Shown piece after piece: positions 52,349 to 64,000 of a stretch of DNA of 64,000 nt. Location: contig NC_068983.1 of the NCBI RefSeq assembly GCF_001194135.2, forward strand, positions 108,515,808 through 108,579,807, in the 5' to 3' direction. The stretch comes from Octopus bimaculoides. Taxonomy: Eukaryota. A program made the translations under genes and the position numbers. Below the pieces are notes generated by a model, which had not been told where the DNA came from, searched no databases, and was given only the letters and a program-made list of their open reading frames with translations. Position 1 is the first letter of the stretch. Each line of letters starts with the position of its first letter.

Positions 52349-52574
52349 TATATACAATGGGCTTTTTTCAGTTTCTGTCTACCAAATCCACTCACAAGGC
52401 TTTGGTTGGCCCAAGGCTATAGTAGAAGACACTTGCCCAAGTTGTCACAGAATGGGACTGAACTCAGAACTGTGTGGTTGGTAAGCAAGCTACTTATCAC
52501 ACAGCCACTCCTGCATTTAAAATGAATTGAAAGAAACAGAGCATCTCAACAGAAATATGGTAATAAAAGGGTAA
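51939..52574. mobile_element. piggyBac-like MITE with a SINE inserted inside
   Basis: ttaactcttttgatacc ... ggtaataaaagggtaa: degenerate TTAA+CCCTTT-type inverted ends. Confidence 0.6.
52103..52512 (-). mobile_element. SINE family B, full length
   Basis: Minus strand: aggagtggctgtg head, B-box, gtgagtggatttggtagacagaaactg core, TA/CA tract, gctccagcatggctgcagtcaaatgactgaaacaagtaaaag tail. Confidence 0.95.
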
Positions 52575-52794
52575 CAGATTCAATCAATTTTCAAGTCTTA
52601 TTGGGTCTCATCAGAGATGTCTTCATCACTTGACCAATTCCAAAGATTATTATAAGTGTGTGTATATATAAGTGTGTGTATATATATACATATATAAGTG
52701 TATATATACATATATACATATATATATACATATATATATATACATATATAAGTGTATATATAAGTGTGTATATATATATATACATATATATATA

Positions 52795-53130
52795 TCATCA
52801 TCATCATTTAACATCTGCTTTCCATGCCGACAGGGGTTGGACGGTTTGACATGGAGCTGTCCAGACTCCAATTGTTTGTTGTGGCATGGTTTCTATGGCT
52901 GAATGCCCTTCCTAATGCCAACCACTTAACAGAGAGCATTGGGTGCATTTTACATGCCACTGGCATGGATGTGTTCATGCTGCGCTGGCATGGGTGTGTT
53001 TACACAACACCAGCATGAGTGTTTTTTTATGTGGTACTGGTACCTGAAAGGACAAGCCTGTATGTGTGGAAGACTGTGATTTTACTTAGCTTGAGGCATC
53101 CTATGAAGCACAAAAAATCACCACATCTCC
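52795..53130 (-). mobile_element. (GAT)n-tailed retroposon sharing the RTE 3' end
   Basis: catcatcatttaacatctgctttccatgc = reverse of gcatggaaagcagatgttaaatgatgatg. Confidence 0.8.
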
Positions 53131-56100
53131 CATTCTTTTGTCATTATATATATGTAAATCTCTGTTTGTCATTCCATACAATCAATTAATTTTGAGTGTT
53201 TAACATACTCCATATGATGGGACCCTACCTACAATGTTGTAATCAGTTAAAATTATTCTTGTAATGAAAAGAACAAGTACTATCATTAATGATAGTTCAT
53301 ATCAAGAAAGACAAGAAAAAAATTCAGAATATAACTTAATCAAAAATTAAATAGGGGCATACTATCTGATGTTTGTTATGTACAGTGACAACTCCAAGCT
53401 CCACAGTTTGAATTCAAAACATACTTTAATTGCTTCTGAGTGATGAAAATCAGTTTATATGCAAATAGACATCCTAGTAAAATTTTATAACTTATTTTCT
53501 TTCTTATTTGCTATGCTGATGCATAAGATACAATAGCTTGTTGTCTCATCCTCGTCATCACTGCACTACTTATTGCATGTTACAACATTAATAGTACTTC
53601 ATCTGTTTTAAATTAAATATACAGAGCTGAAGCAAATCTAATCCTTATAGACGTATGTAAAGAAAACTTGACACTTTGCTGCTTTCTTAGCAAATAGCTT
53701 GAATACTTTATACCTATGTCCTGGAATAGCAAGTACTTGTCAATACATATTTTTTCCCCTTCACTCTCTTCTGCATAATGATTGTATCCTTACTTTTCTC
53801 CTTTATCACGATGTTAGTAACTTTAACTTTTCAAGTGTTACCTGGTAAACCAGAATTTTCAGTTAGTGAATTTATTCTCAAGTTCTCTTTTGATTTTCCC
53901 TTTTAAGTGTCAATTTACCTAGGAATAAAAATCCCAAGAAACCATAATCTTCATATAGTCTGATTATTGACTTACAGAAGAGGATGAGAGAAGAAATATA
54001 ATTTTGTTAACAGTAGAAAATAACAAAGAAAATATGGTGTAATCTTTGTGAAAGCTAGTGTATGAATACTCTAGTTGTCACAAAGAATCCACTAGTTACA
54101 CTGATATTGTATGAAACAACTTAAAATATGCATTATGGTATATATCTGATTCCATTATTTTGTCCATGTGACATACATTTGCCTTTCTCCAGGTTTGTTT
54201 TCCTGCCTTCCTTATCCACAGCCATGATTACACATAATTAGAAGTTTCTTCTATTATTCTAAAATAAAGTTATTTTGCTTCTTTCAAAAGAAAAATAATT
54301 TTACAATCTTTCTTTGTTAATATTTTATTTATTATTTCTAACTGACTCCATTGAACATATCACTTCCTTGATGTTAGAGTAATTAAATGTGTAATAGCTT
54401 ACTAGCATCTATTACAAAGGGTGATATCTTAATGTTAAGGATTGAAGTGAAAAATAATTTTTACAAAATTTCAAATCCAAGAATTCAATCAATACATATC
54501 TAAATAAAGTATGAATGAAAAATTATAAAATAGAAAATTTAGTGATATAAACGTCTGAATTTTTGAAGTTGCATATAATGATGAACTGACGTGTGTACTT
54601 ATAGGAAAAACTACAATACCTGCAGAGAAAAATAATAGAAAATAATGAATAAATTCACGAAGCATTTTCTAAAACTAGAAAGACAAAGTGTGTGTGTGTG
54701 TTCAGATCTGTTTCAGTGTGCTATGGCAGTAAAAAAGTGAAGTGTATTATCATGGATTAAGATACTTTAATTTATATGTGACTTATGTGACATAAAAAGA
54801 GAAGAATTTTGAAAGAGTTCCAGCTGTTTTTAAAAAAGAAACCTAATTACTCTACCACTCCGTTATTAAAGTGATATTTAGGAAAGGTAATATCAACAAT
54901 ACTCATAAGACTTGTAATGCCTTACTTTTCTAATTCAGATATTACCAGCAAATAAAATATAATATCATTAAATATTAAATGTAAAGGTTGCCATCAAGCC
55001 TTTGCCTTCATTGCATCCACCATCAACTTTTAATTTTGATAACTGAGTTTGAACATTTTTTGCATTCAATCACTTTTGTGAACTGTCTTAACTTTGCATT
55101 CTTTCAAGATTAAGACACTAAATGCTAGTTCTATATTTGAGTCAATTTTATCTTTTATCCTTCTGGGGGTGAATAAAATAAAGTAGCAGTCAAGGACTGG
55201 AGTTGATTTGATTGACTACATTCATCTCTGAGTACTTTATGTAAATATCAAAAAACCAATATAAAAGTGATATAGTGAATGTAAGAGACTAGTAATGATG
55301 GCTGCAAGCAAAGTCCATGACAAGGTGTTACTTCCAGGTCAAAACTATCTCATCTCACTTGCATTGCCTATGGTTAGGTATAAGAACATCCAAACACAAA
55401 TGTCACATTATGATGGGCTAATCAAATGCTATAAGTAAAATGAAACATTTTCCTATTTGTTTAATATACAGTTAAATTCATACCACTATCCTAATTTTAT
55501 TACTAAAACATTAGGATAGTTTAAACTAGCTACTTTAAATAGTTGATTGCATTGTAGCACATCGTTATCTTTTTTCTTTACATTTTCGAAGAAGCTTCAT
55601 TTAATAAATTTAATAAATAATCCTATGAAAAATCATTCCTTTTTAATAATTAAAACTGAGAAAGTTGACATGATAAAATAGCAACAAATTTTCATCGATA
55701 TAATGTCAAAACTTTTAAATAAAAATGCATTGGCCATACTCTCAAAGCTAGAATGTATAAAATAATATAAGAATCAAAGTAAAATAAGATATGTGTATTC
55801 ACAACAACTCTAGACAGGTTCCTGAAATCAAGAACCAAAATATGTTCTTTAATTATGAGTTCTTCCCCCTTACTTTACTGTATTGTTTAACAAATGAAGG
55901 TTTTTGATATTTAGGAAAGGTAATATCAATTTTCTGAATATTATTACAAAAGATAATTTTCTTCCGTGGCTATGAAGCTTTCTACTTTCATCAATTTTAG
56001 AAACAGTTCTTAATGCAGCTATTGCTGAAACATATTTCAAAATTATAATAATAATGTGTAACAGTTTCAGATTTTCACTGGCATGGAAAGCGAACATTAA

Positions 56101-57329
56101 ACGATAATGATGATGATGATATACTTGTAGGACCTGTAGATAGCTCACAGGATCAATGGTAAGCCTACTGGGTTATTTCTGAAAACTTTACCCAAAGCAC
56201 CTGAAAGTGTAGCCTGTGTTGTGTCTGTAAAGAAAGATAGTTGCACATCTGCGACTCACTGAAAAGTGAAAGAAATTGGAATATGATGATTACTTAATGC
56301 AGTTTATATACACACTTTATATACTTTATGCATGATTTTATAAATATTCACTCTTATTTTTCTATTTTTCCCATAAAGGAAAAACAAAAATAACCCATAC
56401 ATATGATACAACCTTTAGTTAAATTACATATATCTACCACATAAATAAACATGAATATTTCACGGAATTGCACTTATGCACAGTGTTAAGTGATAGGTGA
56501 TATAAAAAACTTAGTTCAAATTTTTAAAAAATACACTTTTCACTATCCAATCACTACTGCCACCTCCATCAACATCATCATCATCAACTCTCCCTCATCT
56601 CTCTCACCCCATCTTCTTTCTCTCTCTCCCTTCTCTCTCTCTCTCTTCCCTCTCTCTACCTTTCTTTAACCTCACCATCAGAACATCACCCCTCTGCTAA
56701 AATTATGTTCTTAACTCTCCTCCTCTATATCATTACTACTTTAAACTAACCTTTTAAACCACAAAATAAACACTATGTTCCCTTACCTCACGTCATGGAC
56801 ACTTCTCTCCCTCTCCCTCTTTTTCTTTTTCCCTCTTTCTGTATCATTCTTCACCTTATCCTCTTTTTCTCTCTCTTTCCCTTCAACTAATCAGGTGAAA
56901 CCATTAGAATTACATTCCCTCTACCTGTTCATCTTTTTTTTTTTTGTAAATTCCAGCTATATATATATATANNNNNNNNNNNNNNNNNNNNNNNNNNNNN
57001 NNNNNNNNNNNNNNNNNNNNNNNNNNNNNNNNNNNNNNNNNNNNNNNNNNNNNNNNNNNNNNNNNNNNNNNNNNNNNNNNNNNNNNNNNNNNNNNNNNNN
57101 NNNNNNNNNNNNNNNNNNNNNNNNNNNNNNNNNNNNNNNNNNNNNATATATATATATATATATACATATATATATGTCTTATTAGTTAATTTGGTTGATG
57201 GAAAAGGTAAGAAAACCATTGTGAGTGTGACTCTGTGTGTGTTAGTTGTATGTGTGTATGTGTGTGTGTCTTGGATGTGTGCATGCGTATGCTTGTATTT
57301 CCTTGTCTTGGAATAAAGTGATAGCTGTA

Positions 57330-57510
57330 ACTGAGTGTCTATGTCATACAAGTAGCATCGTTCCATTTTCAATATTCTGCAAGAACATGGCTGGTCATGA
57401 GGAAGTATCATTTTGCTTGAAAACTGGTAAGGGTTGGTGACAGAAAAGGCATCTGATAGTAGAAAATTTTTTTCATTAAAGCATGGAAAAGTGGCCATTA
57501 AAATGATGTT
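57330..57510 (+). mobile_element. (GAT)-tailed retroposon 3' part, decayed
   Basis: ggttggtgacagaaaaggcatc..gcatggaaaagtggccattaaaatgatg. Confidence 0.6.
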
Positions 57511-58046
57511 GACATTTTTCTGTGCAGTTCAGTTTTCTCCATTAAACTACACTCACATGACATTGGTTAACCTTATATAATGTTGGAAGATATTTGCTCA
57601 AATAGATTGAAACCAAAACCAAATGCATGCAAACTATGCAAAAAACACACTGCTGTGTCAGTGCCCATTTAACCATTCACTATATTTACAAAGAATGTAA
57701 AATCTATTTCTGTATGTAAATATTAAATTTTTCACATTAATAATAGTTACTGATGTAATTATTTTTGAACAATATGCAAAATTGTTATTTGCTTCGAATT
57801 AAAGTCATTTGTATACAAATTTTAGTTACAATTCATATCATGTTCTTTTCCCAACAAATGAGTTTTCTTAAAATTCTCAGCAAGAATGTAAAACATTGTT
57901 ATCTGTATAATAATGAATAAAATGAAACTGAAAGGAATTTTTTGTGATGGTGATAATGGGGCTGCAAATGCCCTGGTTCTCTTCAAAAGAAAAAAAAGAA
58001 TGGAATTAAGCAGAAATTTTAAAACCTGAAAATAGAATGCATACAG

Positions 58047-58093
<47 letters not shown>

Positions 58094-59201
58094 CTTGTTT
58101 TTATGTTCAGTTATAAGATTATTCTTTCGTAGAGTACAAATTTATTATTCTCAAACAAGGAGAAAACTCTTGCTTAAGAATAATATATATTATATGTATA
58201 TACATGACACACATAATATACAATACACACATATATTGACATACATATACACACATTTTATGTGTGTGCATGTCAATCTATATGTGTGCATGTGTGTGCA
58301 TATGCAAAAGAAAATATCTACACACACAAATACACACATGAGCCACTGAAAGAGCCTCTGTGTGGTTGGTCAATCTACTAGAAATAACAATGAAATCACC
58401 CCTAAATTACATTCTACCAACTGAAGAGAGAAGGCTATTTCAAATTATGTGTCCCTAGATATGCAATGCTCAAGTAAAGAAGATAAGGTCTAACCTCAGC
58501 TAAAAGACCACCATCACCACCACCATCACCACTACGGCTACAAACAATAACACATATTTTGTTCCCTTCAAAATGTAGACATTCAGGATAATAACTTAAT
58601 TTCAATCCAATAATAAAAGAAAATACCCTCTTATAAGTAATCTAATGGGAATCATTTTGATTCAGGACTGCACCTTTTTTGGAACATTTTAATTATGTTT
58701 TGTCTACAAATATTTATCCTAAACCTTAATTACAACATCTCTATTATTTTATGAAAACTTCCTGCTATTTTAAAGTTTGCTCTTCATTGAGACATTTTAT
58801 TATAGTTGTACTAATTAGTGTGGAGGTTTTAATTGGTATTCACTAAGGTTACTTAGTAATTCCAAGCGATTCCAAGCTCATTCAATTTTATATAATGTCA
58901 AAACCTGGTAGATTTATGCTCAATCATGATCACGAAGACGTTATAAAATGCAAAGTGCTATGATAATAGTTGAGCGCACAAGAACATTTAGTTTAATAGA
59001 GATATATAATGTGGCAGTTTTCATTTCAGTTGTTTTGCTTAAATACATGAACAGAGCTTGCACATGAGTCTGAACTAATCAACTTTCATGCAAGTGATAA
59101 CATCTCAGTAAATCAACTACCATATTTTTCATGCAGAAAAAAGTATAGTCAAGTGATTTGTAGAGTTTGTGTTGTTGCCATGAACAATACTCAACTTTTT
59201 T

Positions 59202-59249
59202 AAAGATCTTTCATATCTTTAACAAAGATCTTTCAGATCTTTAACAAAG
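59202..59249. repeat. 22-bp tandem duplication
   Basis: aaagatctttca(t/g)atctttaac twice. Confidence 0.85.
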
Positions 59250-60015
59250 TGACTACACATAAAGCTTGACTTCATACATAAGTAACACAAGTAATTAAGG
59301 TTATTAGTATGAGCATCAACTTACTGTTCAGAATATCAGCTGAACAGTATATGTAGTCTTTATTTACAGTTTTATATTTTATACTTAATGTAATAATTTC
59401 TCAAAAAGAATTCAGTCAGTTTGTAATAGATTTACATTCTTCAACTATTTTTTTTTTCTATATTAGAAAATTTATCTTTGATGCTGTCCTCACTTTCTTC
59501 TTTCTCATTTGCTGTTTTTTTTCTTTTCATCTTTATTTCCATATTCATTTTCTCATTTTAGACAATAAAATATTTTTCTGTTCTTTCACTATATTTGGAC
59601 AATTTCTGTTTCCTCATGAATTATTTCTTTTTATGTATTACAAGGGTGGGGGCAGTTCTACTTTCTATATTTTATCTACTTCTCATTCTTTTATTTTTGA
59701 TATCTCTCCATCTGTAAACCAATTTTCAACACTTTATCACAAAGAAGCTTATAGTTACCAGCTAAAGTTCTAATCATTCATTCTTGAGAAAATCAAGTCT
59801 ACAGCAAGAAGTAATTCGGGCAAACATTTTAGGTTATTACTTAACAATAAATATTTTCAAGCCTTTTTACATTTTATACTCAGTAATCATAAGTTTGTTT
59901 CTTATTGCTTATATAAATGCATTATTGTTTAAGAAAATTAGATCTTTTCTTCTCACTTTCAAAACTGGCATTCTTTCTCATAATGATTTATGGTTTGATC
60001 TACAGAGAAGTACCA

Positions 60016-60110
<95 letters not shown>

Positions 60111-60280
60111 ATGCGTTTTTATTTCCTTCCTTATTTTAATTAAAATAAATAACCCTGCTATCCTTGATATCATTTGTGCTTTTTATACTCAAAGTTGTTC
60201 TTCCATAGCAAACACCATTTTTGTTAGTGAATATGCAAATATGCTATAAATGATATGCACATTTTTAATCTTATTGCAGA

Positions 60281-60600
60281 CATGGCTGTGTGGTAAGAAA
60301 TTGGCTTCCCAACCACACAGTTCCAGGTTCAGTCTCACTGCATGGCACTTTGGGCAAGTGTGTTCTACTATAGCCTCAGGCTATATATATATATATATAT
60401 ATACACACATGTATGTATGCATATATATNNNNNNNNNNTGTTGTGTTTACATTCATCTAACTTAGAAGTTCAGCAAAAAAGACTGATAGAATAAGTATCA
60501 GGTTTAAAAAAAACATTTGGGGTTAACTTGTTTGACAAAAATCCTTCAAGGCAGTACCCCAGCATGGCCGCACTCAAATAACTGAAACAAGTAAATAAAA
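60281..60600 (+). mobile_element. SINE family B spanning a gap
   Basis: catggctgtgtggtaag head; gatagaataagta..cccagcatggccgcac..gaaacaagtaaa tail. Confidence 0.85.
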
Positions 60601-60601
60601 G

Positions 60602-60642
<41 letters not shown>

Positions 60643-62377
60643 CATAAATCTCTCTCTCATATAATTGTATGCATGTATACACAAACACATAAATACAAAC
60701 ATCTAACTGAGTGTGCAACCTCAGAATTCATAAAAATTGCCCACTAGATAGACAAAGTCTTTGGCAAAGTCTACAGTATACAGTATACAGTGCTAAAGTA
60801 GAACCAACAATAGAGATGAACCTAAACTACATACTGAAATAACATTAAAATATCGATTTTATAAGCACAAACATCTATTTGTCAGTCTTGATAAAAATGC
60901 ACTATGGCTTTGTGGAAATTTATATGGCTCTTTCGTGAGACCAGTTCTCATGAATTCTAAATTACTTGGTCGATTATGAATAAGACACAACCTTACAAGT
61001 ATGGCAGCTTCAAATAACAAATGTATGATTTTCAAGGGAAAAATTACGAATTTTGTGTCAGAGGAGTGATGTTTTGAACAAAAGAACAAATATTTTGGCA
61101 CTTTGTTTCTATGGAGCTAAGTATCTTTTGTCTAAGCACTAGACTCCTTATTTTCCATTTGGTTCAGAGAAAAAGCATTGGTTCTAAAGCATTTAAAAAA
61201 AATTGCTAAAAATTCACTTCAATAAAAAGGAACCTTCTTAAGAGAAGAGTTTTATGAGTAACTTCTCTTACATTAGGTTTAAATTCCAAATGCACTGTTA
61301 AGTGAAGAAAAAATGTAAAGGTTTGGAGTATTTCTATGGGAGTCAGAAGTAAAATGGAAAACATAGGCTTAAACAGCCGTTTTTACAAGGACTTTTGAAT
61401 GCATTTAATAACATATAACAATAATTATTTTCTCAAAGGCTTTCAAATAATATTTCAAAATATATTGAAACATCTGATAATTTAAGAGAAAACACACTCA
61501 AATTACTAGCTGAAAGAGCAGAAACCTGAAACTAAGAGTACTGGCAATTTAGAGCCTTTCAGTTATAATGCATTTAAGAATAATCAACATTATTTAAGTA
61601 TAGAGCCATATAGCTATGTAATTTATTGCTTCTTAGTGAAACAACAGAGAATAGTACATACATATATATAAACATCTGCGGGTAATCGTAACACCTAGGT
61701 CTATATGATTTATGGCAAGTTTACTTTGACATTCTTTATTTATTTGAGTCAAGGAACAAAAGAAAATTCAGTGCCTCAGTCACAACATCTTTGTCACTAG
61801 AAACTCAGGGTCTGCAAGCATAGATGCTTTCCAATATCATGGTACACCACTGATAGGGCTCTGTCACACTTTAATGTTTCATAGAAATGAAGGCTTTGTC
61901 AAACCAAATATTGAGGCAAGCTTCAATACCTATTGAAAAGAGGTTAGAAACATTACCCTTTTAAACACTAGTGGAAGAAGTTCATTTTGAAAATTTCTTA
62001 TCATTGGAAGGAATTGATTTACAAAATCAGCTTTAGGTAATTTCAGCAAGCTTCATGAAGAAATTGACATTGATGGAAATAATCACGGACTAGGCTGCTT
62101 TCCTCTGAATGTCTTGCACAAGAACAGTCTATTGTAAATTAGTGACAAATCTGGTTGCAAGACCAGAGTTAATCAATAAGAACTGACCCTAAGACTGACC
62201 TATGAACATTTCACTTGCCTTATTTCAAACTTATTCATAATATGGCCTAAAATATCACCTGTGTATATCTCATATGCATGAGTGAAACTGTGAGTAATAA
62301 TTTTATGTTATATATCACAAAACAATTTCCATGAAATATAAACTCTAATTCATATATTGAGTTCTGTTTCTTTGTAT

Positions 62378-62423
<46 letters not shown>

Positions 62424-64000
62424 TTTGTATTGTGTCTTATAATGCTAATTTTTTGCAATCATATTTAATCACTAATCCTTTACAATTGTTTTGATATTTG
62501 ATTTTTAATAGTTTTGCATAGCAATTTTGTAGCATGAATTCTGAATGCAAATCATTGTGCAAAATATGAATTATGTTCTGTTGCTTCATACATATTGAAA
62601 TTATTCTAGGGTATTTTAAATTTAAATGTATTTGTTTAACGTTTTTCTTTTTGTTCAGTAAGAATAAAATTTATTGAATACAGGGTTTAAATATTAAAAA
62701 CAGATCTACATTTAATTAAAATAAATACTTTTAATTTCAAAGTGATAGAAATGTATGACATAAAAGGTATTTTTAAAAGTGAAATGACAATATCTATAAA
62801 TAATCAATGTTTTGGAACAAGGAAGAGGTCTATCTGGCATTGCTTGATCTACCTGAAATAGCCCTGAGGAACATATAACGTCTTGGAGTGTGTTTGATCA
62901 AAATAAGTTTTCTCTTACAGGGCTGATATAGGGCTAAACAATAATTATAATGACAACAACATAAATAATACTCAAAAATAGCTGAACCAACTTTCTTTCC
63001 AACTTTTCGGTACATCTACTCCTGTGCAACTACTTCTAATAATTTGTCAAGCCTTTGCATATGTATTTTAACTTCCTTGAAGAGCATTTTGGTTTTTATT
63101 TTTTTTTCCTTTTCCATTTCAATACAATTAACAATTTGTTCTTATGGCTTTTCATTGTCCTACATATAATTCATATGGATCCTTTAACACATGCACCCTC
63201 ACAGACTACACACCACCAGCCATAACACATTTAAAGCTCATCCTTCCATTCAGGTACTTCAACTTCTCTAAAAATGTCATTTACTAAACAATCATTACAC
63301 CTCTAGATAGCATTGAAAGGAATTATATAGGTTCAACGTAGAAAATTTTCAAAACAAATTTAATTTGAACTCTCCATGCACTTGGGTCAAGGAAAAAAAT
63401 TCAACGTCTTTGTCACAATTCATCTGGAAATATATGGTATAAGAACGTGCATACTTTCTAATGGCATGGAACACTGTAGATAGGGCCATATATTATGCTA
63501 TAGGTCATAAAATTGTAAGCTTTGTCTAACCAAACATTTCTCAAGTGTGAAACAACCTTCTACATTACTTAACTGGAGGTCAGAAGCACTGCCACCACGA
63601 TATGAAATTTGATTACTGCAAACTATTTTTCCAGATTTATAAAATAATACTGGATCTGTTCTTGATTACATGACCTAATCTGTTCAACATTTATGTACAA
63701 ATTTGAAAAACACTTAATAAAAGAAAGTATGTCATAATTATTTCTCAAAAAAAAAATCAAGTTCGAATTATTTAAATTTACAGTCACTTTCTGAAGTCAG
63801 TCATATATTTCTTATGATAATTGTGTTTTACATTTCCATTAAGAATAATTAGACATGTCATACAAAGCAAGTAATCTGAGATTAGTAAAGAAAGGCTTAC
63901 TGATATAGTTGTACATAGCAATTATATTTATAGGAGTAATCATATAAGTGAGAATACAATTTACTTATTTTGCAAATTGCTTGCATTACTCCACTACATT

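Noticed and set aside
52585-52622. Minus-strand CTGATGA-GACCC-aataa-GACTT-GAAAA hammerhead-like motif
   Set aside because: Stem II has 3 of 5 mismatches and no stem I partner; at most a very old relic.
59325-59339. 15-nt minus-strand microexon (ttcag|...|gtaagt)
   Set aside because: Both signals arise from one small inverted repeat (tactgttcag/ctgaacagta); weak pyrimidine tract.
60859-61101. 80-aa minus ORF ending CLCL* (CaaX-like)
   Set aside because: Weak acceptor, no family motif; the opposite strand looks equally protein-like.
1-64000. tRNA, rRNA or CRISPR features
   Set aside because: tRNA-like A/B boxes occur only as SINE heads; no cloverleaf, rRNA or repeat-spacer array seen.

Overview
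AT-rich eukaryotic, mostly non-coding DNA with dense microsatellites and N-gaps. The repeat types suggest an octopus genome (inference; no database check). No long intact gene is present, and most listed ORFs are microsatellite or transposon artefacts. The recognisable content is decayed mobile elements: RTE, CR1-like, R4/Dong-like and Penelope-like retroelements, two mariner fragments, a hAT-like fragment, several MITEs, and many copies of two tRNA-head SINE families. A few short candidate exons with good splice sites belong to unidentified gene(s). The main discovery is a set of minimal hammerhead-ribozyme relics. One lies antisense just 5' of a Penelope RT fragment. Two further, sequence-unrelated fold-back elements (14227-14487, 46543-46712) each consist of two outward-pointing hammerheads whose two-arm consensus largely restores the catalytic core. 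An R4/Dong-like element appears to have lost its whole RT domain through an in-frame internal deletion.
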